Under the pieces are notes generated by a model. That model saw only the letters and a program-made list of their open reading frames with translations. It made no database searches and was not told where the DNA came from. From Tubiluchus corallicola (Eukaryota; Animalia; Priapulida): a stretch of 64,000 nt of DNA. The stretch is taken from positions 558,001 through 622,000 of the forward strand of contig JAQGDQ010000076.1 of the NCBI GenBank assembly GCA_030141605.1, in the 5' to 3' direction. The position numbers were made by a program, and so were the translations under genes. Every line of letters starts with the position of its first letter. Within the stretch, counting starts at the first letter, position 1. This document shows positions 24,139 to 38,800 of the stretch, piece after piece.

Positions 24139-27100
24139 TTACGTATCAGTGCACATATTTTACAGACAATGTAGTGGGTGTTGTTGGCGCATTATACAGC
24201 TCCGCTTCAACGTTTGCCAGCTACGTTCTGAGTCTGTATGAGATACCACAGATCAGCTATTTCTCCTCTAGTAATGAGCTCAGTGACAAGACCAGATTTC
24301 CTTACTTTTTCCGCACGTTTGTAGCTGACAGAATACAGGTTCGTGCTTCAGTTTCACTAAAGATAATTAGTTTTTGTCTTTTTTATAAAATAAATTAATA
24401 ATTTATTTTAATTTTTATTTTTAATTTTAATTTATATTTAACTTTTCATAAGCACTTATTGAGTAAATTTATTGCACTCTTGAAATCTAAATTGATGCTT
24501 GTAAACAAACGCATAGATGAAGCTTGTAATAAATATTTATATCAGAAGATGTTTACTTGATGGAAAAACGAATAGAATGATGCAGAAATGCTGTGATACA
24601 TAAGATGTAAGATGTCTAAGGCCTGTTTGCACACGTTGTAATTACTTACAAAGACTTTTAGTAATTTTCATAAGGATTTTGTTTTTGTTTAGTGTAATCA
24701 TAGTTTTAATAAATACGTATTAATTTAATTGTTTTAACCATAGTTTTCATTAGTAACTTATGGCATTACCCCATAATTTAAATAATGTATTTTTTTATGT
24801 CAGAAACATCTTTTTCTTAGCCGTTACTAATTAAACTACAAGTATTACTACAGCTTCTGGTACAGTGGTACATTTTTGTTAATGTTTCTGTTGCCCTTAC
24901 TACAACTGCTAGTACTGCTGTTGCTAAGTTTCACAAGTCAGTCACGATGACAGCTGTTTCATTAAGACATCAGACATAATAATATTAACCATTTATCTCA
25001 TATGTATCTGAAAAAAAATCATGCAAGTTATATTTTAATAGCACAGATGCAGTAAAACCATTCACATGCATTCACGTTTCGGAGGACTTGATTAAATATT
25101 TAGTGTAATGTAAAAATAATGAATAACGTTACAATTAACATCAGAAACAAAACCAAGAACTAGTTACAGAATTACCGAAATATACAGAAAAAGAAGATGG
25201 CAATTTACCAAATTACTAGCCTGCCATGGAATGTCGACTTGCATGGCTCAGAATTTAAGAGGCTGAAATGTTGCCAACACACAATCTCACATTAGCCCTG
25301 TTACCGTCAGAACTCCGAGTGTAAAGCAGGCCTACCATGCCTTATAGCCAAGTAGAGGTCGTGAGAGGAATTCTACAGTGTAGTACTTTATTTTTACTAG
25401 CAAGACCATTCGTGACCATCTTGGCAGCCGTCTTAGACGTCTTGATAAAATGATGTCTTGAAAAATTTTACTTAGTAGGAAAGAATTTTAAGACCATTAA
25501 ACCTTATACCTCAAAACTAAAATCATCGTCATATGTGCAGTAAAAGAAACAACTGTATTTGAGGCCATCTTGAATCCTAGATGGGATGTTACTACAGGAG
25601 CTTCTAAACGTCGACGACGTTGAATACCTATATTTGATAACTCAAGACACGGCTCTTTTAAGCTAGCGATAGCCATCTTGTTGGGTATCTTGAAAATATG
25701 AAAATAGCTCCCATGTTTGATGACTTTCGATTGGCCTCATAACCGAAATCAATAATCTTAACAGATTCTACCAATGCACTTTTAAAGCATTTTTTCACAT
25801 TCTGCTGGATAATCACTATGTGCCATTTTTAAAAACTGTTGTCAGAGTCGAGCCACGTTTATGAATATTAAGTCTACACGTCTTGTTTTGCATGAAGTCG
25901 TTTAAGTGGTTTGGTGCGTTAACTCTGAAATTCCTACAGGCATTACTAGGGACAGGACTGTCTACTGCATGAAAAGCACAACAATCCTTTTTAGCTGACA
26001 ATAGGTCTGGTTTGTGCATTTTGGACTTCGTGTAGTTGCGTGAATTGCACAAACCTGCCCACACCAAATCTACAGCAAATTTATACGTCACCGCATTATA
26101 ACTGGGTATATGTGCGAACATTTTCATACAGTTTTTCATCGTGTCATTTTGTTACTTACTTTTATGCCAATGATAGTCTTACGTTATCACAACATTAATT
26201 CTCTACAATGCTTGGGCGAGGATATATAACGTTTCGCAATTGTTTTTGCTTACCCGATTAAGCTTTCTTTGAATCAGGGTGTTTTACTTGTAATCCTAGA
26301 TGACAAAGAACTAGTGATTAAATTTACGAAAATATTTTTGAAGGACTTTCAAGTCATTGTTTGTACTTGCATTAACTGTCTGGCAATTCGCTGTTTTATG
26401 TGTCAATAATTACATCTTTTAATGCTGAGGGTACAATATTTCCATAAATTCCTAAATAATGAACTTTATGATAAAAACACGTCAAATGAAGGCAAGAAAA
26501 AGGAATAGACAAAAACAAGGATTGAAAGGACAAGAGTACAAATAAAAAAGAAAGATAGAATAGATAGAAAAAGTGTGAATAAAAGTATTAAGAGGGAAAT
26601 AAAACAAACCAACAAATAAACGAATGAGCTAAACACTTTCTTTTCAGCTTGATATGTTAGCCAATCTGACTGGTACTACCGAAAATTAAATTTTCATGGA
26701 GTGCAAAATATGAGCAACGTTGCAAAAGCATAATTCGAATATAATGTCAATATTCTCGTTCGTACATCATTTACTCATTTTACCATTTGCATATTTACCT
26801 GACTACCAGTCTTCCTATGTGTACAACTGAATAGTTTACTTAACTCTCTCCAAACCAGAAGGTCCCTAAGACCAACACACACACTCTTTCCAAACCCTTC
26901 TGTTCTTTGCCTCTCCAAATTCTCTTGTTCACTGTTTTGATTTCGCTCCAACACCTCTTCATTTCCACTATCTCCAGGTTGTTCTCCGTCTCTCCCTCGC
27001 CCTTCTTCCTTCTGGTGTGTACTCCATCGTCGTCTCATTCTCGACTTCCTTTGTAGTATGTACCCAATCCTGTTCCACCTCCTCCTCCTAAGCCCATCAC

Positions 27101-30100
27101 TATCTGCTACCTCCTTGCTAGTCGCCTGCTCCTGGTATCTAAATTTGTGTATCCTTCTCAGGCACTTGTTTTGAAAACCGTAAAGGTTCTTCTCTGTTTT
27201 CATCATCTTCCATACATTGTACAATTGTAAAATCGCAACTTATTTCAATATGCGTTAAATATTTATTACATTTAACTGTTTGCACGAATTGGTGATGGAA
27301 TACCAGCAACTCAGTTTACTGTTGCCAACTTCCAAATGTGGTCTTGCCAGTTCAGTGTTTATTCTTAATTGTTTTTTTCACCCAGTGTCTAGAATGGTCT
27401 AAGTGAAGGCAAAATAATAAAAACTAGTAAACGTTTTTAATTTTGTCAAAAATTGTGGTACGATTATGCGACAGGAGATGCTTTAATGGCAGTTTTCTCG
27501 CATATTTACAAACAAAAAATGATTTTCACGATAGTTAACAATGTGTAGGTAAGTATGGTTGTGTTTAACAATAACAGTTTTGGTGAAATCTTGTCACTTT
27601 TTGACTCATACCACTCAATTTGTCACATCGAGTTCTTTGATTTGATATTCTACAACCTGCTGTCGCTTGATATAGGAGACATTTGTATCACTGACTGTCA
27701 AATTCAATTTTTGTCCTCTAGTGCGGTCAGTGGTTGACCAGTCTAGGCTTAGATCATACCATTCTATTCGCTTCATCTATACCTTTCATTTAAAGTATTA
27801 CAAGAATTTGGAACTTGTCACTTCAACCTGTGACCTAGGGGTCATGGATCAGCCATTGTGAGTGTGTGCCACTGGCTCGTACCTTCCATTTGATATACTA
27901 CAACCTGCTGCTGCTTAGCACTGAAAGCATTTGTTTCCCCGACCCACGATTTCGGTTTGTGCCCCTAGCATGGTCAGGGGTCAAGCAATGTGGGCGTAAC
28001 TCACACCGTTCGATTCGCCTCATCAAGATCTTTCTTTTAACGTACAGCAAGCCACTGTTATTCAACATTGGAATCATTGGTATCCCTGACCACTCAGTTT
28101 TGGTTTTTGTCCCCTACAGAAAAATTTTCCTGCACACAAACGGCTTCTATTCAGCCATGCACAATAGCTTGACCCCATCTAGCCCCGTACCAAAAATTAC
28201 GGCCCTAGCTCAAAGACTGTAGAAGGAGGTCCAGCTGAACGAAAAAACAATAAGCCCCGCACACTCCATGACCTGTGCCCAGGGATGACGGGTCACGTGT
28301 AAACATAAACCGTGGGTAAATCAAAAAGATTCTGCTGTAAGCAGAATTTTAATAATCTACACAACAGCCAAACTTGATATGTGGTCACTCACATTGAATG
28401 AAACTGGAATAAACCTGGAGCACGACTGCACCTTGAAAACTTTTTCTCATTTAGGTTGCAACGATTAACACAATTTCACCTTAACTCACCCTTGAATACC
28501 TTCACTGCAACCATGTTACATAAAACTACAGCGCCGTTTCTTGTTTAGGTGGATGTAATGGCTACAGTCATCAAATATTATGAGTGGAAGTATATTTCGA
28601 TTTTGTACATGGAAGATGAATATGGTATCAATGCTGCAGCACTAATTAGGTGAACAATACAATATAGTATTACACTTATGTTATAGAACTGAAATTTAAA
28701 TTGTTAGATCATACATTGTAACCAATTTTGCATAGTTCTGATTTGAATTTTCAATTTTTAATAGGAATTTTGCTGAGAAGAAAGAAAATGACATCTGCAT
28801 TGCTGTTGACAGAAAGGTTCTTATGCGAGAAAACAGTAAGGAGGCATTTGATGCAATTGCTGCTGAGTTGATTGCACACTGGAAGGCCAGAGTAATTGTT
28901 GTTTTGTTGTTCAGAAAGTGGCAGCAAGGTGTGCTGGCTTCACTACAGAAAGCTGGTGCCATTGATCATTTCATATTTCTCAATTCTGTGGCATCCATGA
29001 GCATTCAAGAAATAAACATGAATGGGTTAGCATCTATTGCTAAAGGAGCATTAGCATTTTATCTACCAAGAAACAGTTATCCGCCGTATACCAACTGGTT
29101 TCGGAGACTAACCATATCTCAAAAAGAAAAGGATAAGTGGTTTGAGGAATACTGGGAAACAAGTTTTCAATGTAGTTTTACAGATGCTAATTTGGATTCC
29201 ACATGTAATGCAACATCTGGAAACCCAATGCCAGTAGACAGAGAACCTTGGGTGTCAAATATCATAAATGCAGTTTATGCATTCGCACATGCGCTGCACC
29301 AATTAATAAAAACAAATTGTCCTAGTGCTGCTTTAACTGATGTCAGAAATTGTGTTACAGGAAGATTGCTGAGAGAATACTTATATTACGTCTCATTTAA
29401 TGGGATAGGAATGCATGTTGACTTTGACAAAAATGGCGACATAACACCACTGTACTACATAGAACAACTCCAAATTCGAGACAATGTTTTAAAGTCAGTT
29501 GAGATTGGTTTCTGGAAACTTGGAATTGGCTTGCAGATGAATCAGTCGCTAATTATTTGGCCATCTGATGCTAATGAAACAGACGTCGCAGAATCCATAT
29601 GTAGCCATCCGTGTCCTTGGAGACACTTCAAGGTTAATATTGATTCTTGCTGTTGGCAATGCAGACCTTGTAGAAACAACGAGCATTTAGTCAGCAATGG
29701 AACTAACTGTTTACCTTGTCCACTCTATACCTGGCCCGATAAGAAAAACCCTACAGATTGTCTGCCTATTACACCAACTTACTTACTTTGGTCAGACAAC
29801 GTTACTATCATTTCTATTGTCCTGATCACTTTAGGATTAGCTGGAACCTTTACTGTAGGACTTTTCATTTTAAAGCATCGTGAAGACAGATTGATTAAAG
29901 CATGCAGTCGTGAACTGACAGCAATTATACTTGTTGGAGTCACAGGATCATATGCCTTTGTGTTTAGCTTACTAAAGAAACCAACAGATGTCTCTTGCTT
30001 TGCTGGTTATTTCGGTTTCCATGTCTCAGTCAGCACTATTTATGCACCACTACTGACAAGAACAAATCGAATTTATCGGATATTTAGAGCAGGAAAAAAA

Positions 30101-30872
30101 TCCACGCTGCCTCCGAATTGCATTGCTCCCAAACAACAGATTGCAATTGCTTCAAATTTAATTCTTGCTCAGGTAAATTTTATTTGTTGAATTGCTAAAT
30201 TGTAGGAAAGCCCAATAAGCCTAATCTTTAGCCTAGCTTTTATAAATGTTGGACAATTTTATTTCACTAAATTTATTCAAGCACTCAAGTGTACAGTATA
30301 TTTGATCTTGAATGATTAAGAAGTTTTTCTTTCAGATTGCATTGTGTGTTGTTTGCGATCAGCTAAGTCCACAGACTGCTGAGCTACAAATGCTTGTACC
30401 AACGGAACCACATGTAATACTGGTTTGCAGCACTGGAACATGCGATTTTCTCATCCCTCTTTGTTACAATTTGTTACTGATTCTTTTCTGTTGTTACTAC
30501 GCTTTTCTCACGCGAAAACTGCCGGATAATTTCAACGAATCTCGTTTCATCAGCTTAGCTGTCTACACAACGTTTGTCATGTGGTTGGCATTTCTACCAA
30601 CGTATTATACTACGAAACAAAACGATTACAAAATGATCTACATTGCTATAATTATGCTCACCACAGGAACTATTACACTAGCATTTTTCTTTGTGCCTAA
30701 AGTTATTGCACTTAACTTTTATTCTTCTAACATATCTGGTAGCGCTAATAATGTAACGAATAATGCATTGTCGAGACGCACTTTCAGTCTAGATGAACAA
30801 TTAATTAACAAAGTGTTTCCAAGTGTCTCAACAAACTTGCAACTTACCAGTGATTTACAGACTGCCGGCTAA
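23448..30872 (+). CDS. Class C GPCR (mGluR-like), paralogue B, ~858 aa
   Basis: Exons 23448-23805, 24166-24338, 28549-28649, 28765-30172 and 30336-30872; GT-AG, 2577 nt in frame. Same VFT/CRD/7TM motifs and same intron positions as paralogue A. Confidence 0.94.
24056..24138. repeat. (CA)n followed by (TA)n microsatellite
   Basis: Directly visible, ~27 nt upstream of the exon-2 acceptor. Confidence 0.97.
26800..27224 (-). mobile_element. RTE-like LINE 3' fragment in intron 2 of GPCR B
   Basis: FQNKCLRRI...LRRRRWNRIGYILQR...GRGR resembles the RTE ORF C-terminus (F..KCLRRIL...RR..W.GH..R...GR). Confidence 0.7.
27600..28310. repeat. Diverged internal tandem repeat (~250-bp period), probably a non-autonomous element
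   Basis: tttgatat(t/a)ctacaacctgctg at ~27641 and ~27889, with colinear similarity downstream; a partial third unit at ~28060-28118; terminal tgacc...ggtca hairpin at ~28269-28295. Confidence 0.55.
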
Positions 30873-31559
30873 CAACTTGTCTATGTAACCCTTAATCTAG
30901 TGTTTATGATCATATTTGTACTTCTGGTTACATGGGTAAATTTCTTAACTTGAATAGTGTGACCAGAGCTACATTTAAATAGCTAGGATATTATAATAAA
31001 AGAAAGTTTATCTATATTTACCAAACAATTCTGTCTTTATGCGCCCTCTCTAAATCAGTTTTCCAACAATTAACTGTAGGCATATTGTCGTTCTCAATGT
31101 CTATAATATATGCATGGAACGGCTGTAACAATTTTAAGTGATTTTATCTAAAAATACTTTGTCTTCTTCAGAGTGTCTAAAATTGAAGTAATGTAGTCAT
31201 GCGCAATTTTTTTAACGCTGATGTCCTTTTAACTTCGATTATTTTTGGCCATGCAATGGAAATATAACTTACTAGCTCTTTTTTGCACATTTAGCTTACT
31301 AATCATCGTCCTTCTTTGTAAATATTTATTTTATGCCTTGTAATATTTCAAATAGTTGTTTTAGTAAAATTTTCTTCTATGACATTTATGGCACTTTTTA
31401 TGTACTAAAGTAAACGTGAATCAAATAAATAAATTAACATCTGTGTAATGTAACGTCTAAAGAAGAATAGGTTGTTATTTTAAAAGTGATCTGGCTAAAT
31501 ATTTGATGGACATTGAGTATTGTGAAATATTCATTAATATTAGATTTGACTTTTGTCCT

Positions 31560-32640
31560 GATATTGTTAAACTTAGGAGAAAACTTATACTTATAGGTGA
31601 TTTTAATGCTCGAGTGGGTAACTTCGGGGTTGAATTAGCGTCTTTGTCACAACTGTGATAAAACTAAAAATTGTCACGACAACGAATTACGACAGCTGGA
31701 TATTGCTACAGATTTCAGTCCACTAAATCATATGTGGTAGAGAAATATTCAGTTTCCAGGTTTGTTTACATTTTTAAGGGAAATAAAAAATCTCAGTTTG
31801 ACTTAGTACTAGTTCTTAAAAAATCGAGTCAGATAATGAAGGGATTAAAATCTGTGAATTATGACTGGTATAGCAAGCAGATCTAGAACTGCTCGTGCAA
31901 AACGATGCAGCCAAAATAAATAAAATAATTAGCCGCAGACGGTGGCAAATCAACATGTAAATACAGCTATTATTAATGAAGCTTTTAACAGTCATATAGA
32001 TATTCTTATGCAAGTATAATGCAACAACAATATAGTAATAATGATGTTCTGCAAACTGAACTTGTTGATATGAAGCAATATGCTAGCACCCAGTTACCTC
32101 AATACCATGCTAATCAGCTTTGACAATGTTCTGAAATTGTAAACAGCCGTGGGAAACGAAACATTTCTGTGAGAAAGAATAAATTTGTCAGGGGAACTTG
32201 ATCGTAATTCTTCTTGTAATTGCCAAAGTATAGATGACTAGTGTCATTATTTTAGTACACTTTATTCCATAGAGCCTGAACTGGTTGGCTTTGATTAATT
32301 TGACATTAGTGGCTTAGCACTAAATAATTTATCGTATTATCCTTTGAGCGTTATGATTTTGATGTTGAGAGTTTTTATAACGTACTATATCCAATATTGC
32401 TAGTAATGATAAATCTGATATTTTATATAGGATACCTCTTCAGTTTAACATACTTTTTGTTCACTGCGGTACCCAAGAAAAGAAACATATTACCCGAAAA
32501 TTACAGGGGTATACAAATGTTATCTTTATTCGCTAACATTTACGATAGATTAATTACTAATAATTGCTTTTGTGGCTACCAACACGTGAAGGATAATGCT
32601 GTGTAGATCAGAGCTTTAGAACAGGCTTTTTGTTGTGTCG
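31560..32640 (+). mobile_element. Decayed LINE (endonuclease and RT remnants)
   Basis: LILIGDFNARVG (APE endonuclease motif) at ~31584-31619 and PKK...PENYRGIQMLS..ANIYDRLI (start of RT) at ~32470-32560. Confidence 0.7.
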
Positions 32641-33811
32641 CAATTTTTCCGCTTAGATATTTTCAGTACGGGAATGACATGTGTTTGTATTCATCCAGCT
32701 GCAACGATACTATAATATCATGTAGAACGATCTATGGTATTGCCATTGGAATAACATAGGCGAAAACTTAAGGCCTGCTCACATCTGTATCTAGCAAAGG
32801 GTATTTTACTATTTCTATTCCTTAACTGTAAGATGCAAAACAAGAATACGAATTAAAGTGCATAAGAAAATTTACTGAACAATCACCAAAATCAGTTTGC
32901 ATATCAAACACAGTTTTTGCGATATTTCAAAGTAGCAGTACTAAAGGGGTTAGTGTTATGGTGTAACTGTTGCCGCCATAATTCCCGACCATAGTTCCTC
33001 TATAGGTTGCACTTTAATTCCTCTATAGGCCACTTAACACACCACCTGATCAAATCGCAGTATTGAATTATTGGACCAATCGTCAAAAGTGTCATGAACT
33101 ACGCTAATATGGCATGTCTCGAGTTAAAACGTTCTTTACCCTGTTTGCATGGATCTGCCCTTGCAAATTGGTTCTTGAATGTAAACGTAGTGTTAAATTT
33201 GCATCGTAATCAATTGCACATGAAATTGTCATTCAAGTCTATAGTATAGCTGGCATCGTGCCAAAGATATAGCTAGCCAGTAGTCACTTAACGCTGACAA
33301 TCGCTATGTTGCTTCTTTGCTCATTATCGAGGATGACCGTGGGCACAGTATAATAGGTATATCTAAAACTTTTTATATTAGACTTAACGTATAGATTTAA
33401 TGTAATCGTGTCGTAGTTTAGTCATATTGCAGTTTCTTTAATCTGCTGTCTGTGACTTTTTCCGTGTTGAAAACAATCTTTTTCAATTTATAATATATGC
33501 TTGATTGTGCTTTTTATGATTTATATTTGGTCAAACGTACGGCTGACAGTGATTAGATGTGAATTAAAGAATATTTTCGTGGCACAGTTTTTAATACACT
33601 GTATATTTTGTGCATTACTGTGGTATGCCTTATATACTAATTAATGTTGTTCAGTACTATGTGAAGAATGATTGGACATGCCGCAGCTTGGGGCTTTGTA
33701 TTAATTCATTTGTATTAATTGTCTGTAATTCCTGGAAAAGCGTTATACAGATCATTCCTGAATAATAATCCTTTAGATTTGCTTTGCAATGATGCTGTTG
33801 ATAAACAAGTG

Positions 33812-33877
<66 letters not shown>
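33812..33877. repeat. (AAT)n microsatellite
   Basis: Directly visible; explains the poly-I ORF. Confidence 0.97.
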
Positions 33878-35825
33878 TTGCTTATAACAATTTTACTGCC
33901 ACTAAGATCAGCGTTAAAATGTCAAATCAAATTAACAGAACCATTTGCAAGCATCCTCCAAAATTTAAACTATTCAAAACATACAAGTTCTTGTAGATTT
34001 GTTTTTAAATTTCAGAATTAAATTGGCGGACAAGTGATGGCAACATTTTCAACAGGAAGTCCAAGTTATAATTAAGTTATATTTCATTTATGAAGAAACA
34101 GCTTTCACTTTTGACACTATATAATTGGCATAATGAAGATATATCTTAAATGCAACTGGAAACCAGTTTAGAAAGTATAATTGTGCGGATTTTTATATAT
34201 AAATTACCCCAAAATACAACGCCAGTGACTACTACAGTAAAAAGCGAAAATTTGAATACAGATCCAAAAAGTAAAATCTTTATAACTAATTTGCTAACAA
34301 CCAAATCTGTCAGGTAAACAATTTTTTGGTGAAAAATTCCGTAGATAAAAAGTCCGAAGAAAACCTGAATTAATAAAAAACTATTCCGGATATAGAAAAG
34401 TCCACTGTAAAGATATGCGAAACAATACGTCGTTTATTTGTAGGAACAACTTTGCTTATTCAAATAGCATTTTACAGTTGAAATTATACCAAATTAATTT
34501 AGCTGAATCTTATTGAGTGGAAAATCGTTTAACTAAATCGGGTGGTTTATGATTTAATTATGTCGTGCATTTTTTCCTACAACCAGCACATTTACAGCCA
34601 CTAAAAGCTTAAAAGTCCGATAGCAGAAATGGTAAGCACTCTATCGACCTTCAAAGTGTCAAGAAACTACAAATATCATTGAAGAACGTTGGGAAAGACG
34701 TAAGCACTTTCGAACTTGAAACGTCTTTGACCCATATGTGAAACTTTATTCCTGCCACGAAGCAGAGGAAGTAGATTATTTCATTGAAAAAAAGTGACAA
34801 GAAAGGCCTTTGCCCTGGTTGATTTGTCTGAAGCTTCGGCTATCTGGGTGGGCTTCGCAATATTCCCCGAAGCCCTTGCCCGCAGTTGGATTCAAAGTGC
34901 AATCAAATGCAGAGTTAAGATTAGATATTTCATTTTTTTCATCATAGAAGGAATGCCAGACGGAAGGGAAGCCAGTGGGTTGAAAGTTGCAGTCAGATTG
35001 TTAAGACGTGTCAATAAACAATTTCAATTAATAATGTGAGTAATTATTATTTGCTACTTTTCGTTTTTGAATGCAACGTTTTGCACTAGCAGTTTAAATT
35101 ACAGCTTTTTACACGATTACCCACCAATTTTAATTCTTCCCTGGTGTGTGCGTATTACAGCAGCTTGCTCCCGCCACAAAGTAATTAAACCTTGACTTTT
35201 GCCGACTGCACATTTCCAGATGTCCCAGAAAGTTTTCAGACGCTGAAAAAAGTCACCCGACGTTTATTAAATAAGTTTTCCGCAAAAAACAAATCTGGTT
35301 CTCGAAGTTGCGTGCAAGCTTGGAAACAGCCTGTCCCGACATTAAACTCTTTGGCCAAGAAGCGAGTATGCAGAAATCAATTGCTCTTAGTTAAGTTTAG
35401 ATAATGGTTTAAATTTCGATTCCTTCGTATGTAATACACTATCTTAAGTGATGGTGTACGTTTAGTTAGCTCGTGAGGGATTTGGCACCGAATTCACGAT
35501 GAATTTTGTCGAATGACTCGGTACTTCCACATGCATGAATCAACAGGTTTCTTTGTTTTTGCCGAGTTCGATACCTTTGTATAGATGGTTTCTGTTAGTA
35601 TTCTGCGCATGATAAATGCCTGGATGTGCTCCTCGACTTAACATAGAAATATTCGACATTGACTCGTTACGTAAGCATAACAACGCACTCGAAATGAGAC
35701 TGCACATGCAAGATCACGGGTCGACTGTGGAGTTTGCAGCAGTTTTGCGTAAGGGCGTGTAATCGGTAGCTAAATTTGGTAGATAAACGTTGTTATCATC
35801 TCAAGGTTTCTGTTACGCTGTCCAA

Positions 35826-38800
35826 ATGAAACTAGATCAGACCATTTACACCACTCTTGTGTTGATGAATTTCATCGCTGTAGCTTTTTGTGAAGGAGTA
35901 ATACGTAATAGTCTACTGCCAGTCAAACATTCGGTGGACAGATTCCAGTCCAGGGAAGCGAACCGAGTGCCCTCAAATACTAATCCAATCGTCTACGGAC
36001 AAATACAGAACGATGCTACGTACGCTGATGACGATCCTTTAAGTGCCGAAGTCGAGAGAATTAATGAGGACTTTCTTAAATACGCGCCGTCCGAGGAATC
36101 GTCGACTGTGCCGGCTACGCTTGATCCGGAACTGGCATTACTGGAAGAGATGAAAAAGAGGCGACTAAAGCAGGTGGCAAAAAAGTTAAAATTGCAATTG
36201 GGACTTACTGACACTGTGCCAGATATTAAACCTGCAATAACATTGGAGCAGTTACCCACAGAAGTGAGGGAAAAGCTGGTGGACACGCCCCCTAGGCAGA
36301 AAAAATGGAAGCGTGTAGAAAATCCAGTAAAACCTAGAATGGTACTGCAATATGCGGACGAAGGTAGGCATTTCTCTATGTTCTTGCATTTGTGCAACAT
36401 TATCCATACTGTATAATTATGACTGAATAATTTAGTAAGCTAATACTAAAATAACAGTAATATGTGAAATTTGTTTTCGGGCGGATATAAATTTCTTATC
36501 TAAAACACTGAATTAAACATCCCACAGTTAAAAAAACAAAAAATAATAATTATTATGGGCCTTTACAATTCAATGTTGCCACTTTTATCATTAAATAACT
36601 AATATATATCACGAAGAACACTGGTTGAACAATCACAATCATTCCTTCTTAGAAATTCAATGTCCAATTTGTTTTTCAGTTTGAAATAAATAATATATAA
36701 ATTTGTTGCATTTTTATTTGAACCGGAAATAAGAATTTAAAAAAATGGTAATTTAAATAAGTAGGTACGTATGTAAGTACGTAATTAACATCTTTATTTG
36801 TCATAACAATATTTGCCATAAGACATTCAATCAGAGAAATTTTAAAAACATTCACCGTTTTTTTAAATACAAACGTATGTACATATGAAAGACACAAACT
36901 TTTAGAAGCAAATAAACATAAAATGTATGGCAGATTCGCCACCCCTTTCTCCCGCTGGTAAAAACGCACTCCAATGAGTATTTTGATTTCACAATATAGA
37001 TAAACGCTGCTGTGATAAGAAAGGATTTTGACAAAAACTGAAATGGCCGCGATTCTCAATAAAAAGCATGCGTAAGTCTCGTTTAATAGCAAAGTGTTTA
37101 CACGCCTGTTAATTTAAATAGGATACCCTTTCTGTGTTTTTTGCATGTTTGTAATTAAAACTTGCACGTGTCAGCATTTTAATAATATTTACATAGCACA
37201 AGGTTGCAGAAAACATGTTTTCAGTTTTGAAGATAAAACATTGACATTGGGGAAGTTAGAAAAGGCGCCAGTGATCTCCAATCCGAACCGAGGAGAAAAC
37301 GCCAATTTTGTTAGTACACTGTTTAAATAAAATTACTGACGAACAATACCATGCATTGTATAATATATTATGCAAAATATATAGAACATTACACAAAAAA
37401 GTATCAAGTATGTTTTCCTTTTTTAAATGTTTTCTTCTTCAACTTATTTTCTTCGCACAACCGTGCAAGAATTTTTCAATGATACATGCGTATTTCGCAT
37501 CTTATTTCGTATTTTGGTTTTTTATCGTTGATCACAATAACAGGGAAGCGTATTAACGTTCACGCATACGGGACGTTTTTAGCCTTTCTTTTTCAGTTTG
37601 ATGGCATTTTTGTCGTTTGTTTTATTATACTTATTATATTGCAGAAATTTTAACGTTAGGGTCAAGCTTTCTTTTTTTTTGAATTTTTTTAGCTTCCTGA
37701 TTGTCAAGTAGTTACTTATTACTATAGGTGTAATTTATGTCAATCATAAAATCATTGCGAGACAAAATCATAAAATACTTGAGGTATAAATTAAATAGGG
37801 CTCAAAAACATCAGTCGCGTACATGTGTCAATCCATATTGACTGAGACAATCCAAGTTTCGCCTGAGATGATCTCTTTCGTCAGTAATCATAACAATTGT
37901 AAGCAGTCTGTCAATGATCTGAGTTATTCAAGTACAGTATTATTTAGTTATTATAGCTAATTTATAAAGCACATTATGCACGTGAAATATGACCTAGTGA
38001 CACTGCACATGCATAATATTAATTAAAATTACAAATGATAGGGTATACAACATATAAGATGTCTAATACTAACTAAATGCGGTAAAAAAGTGTTTGGTAT
38101 TATGACATACATAAAAATAAAAGAACTATCAAGGAATTCCTCCGCCCATTGAAGGCCAACGTACAAAACCGTCAGACTTTAATACCATCAACGTACAACA
38201 TTAGCGTTTTTCTCCAATTTAATTATAACGCAAGGTGAAGTCTAAGATGGTCTGTCCACATTAAATACTAATAAAGCAACTAGAAATGATGGTATTGGGT
38301 ATGCTACATTATGTTTTAGGGTATTTTGGGTACCTCATAAGTTTTCGACACGGTTTGGCATAATGGAGTATTATTTAAAATGCAACAGTACGACATTTCA
38401 AACCCTCTATTGCAATGGTTTCGCTCCTATCTATCAGATCGTCAGCAAAGAGTGATTATTAAAAGGCAGTCGTCATCTTTAGCAGCTATAAATGCTGGAG
38501 TTCCGCAAGGATCGATATTACTGCCGATTTTATTATTTATTTTCATTGATGACACAGTAAGTGATATTAAATATGATATTCGCCTCTTTGCTAACGAAAC
38601 CACCATACTTGAAGTATTTGACACCCCAATCGTCAGTGCTCCGATTTAAAATTAGGCCACGCAGTGGACCGTTACGTTTAATGCATCCGAAACTGAAGTC
38701 ATAAACAATCTACCCTGAATCGTATCTTCATAACAATGCATTATCGTGGGTTACCTCTCACAAACATCTAGGCCTATTGAAATGGGAACGCCACATTCAA

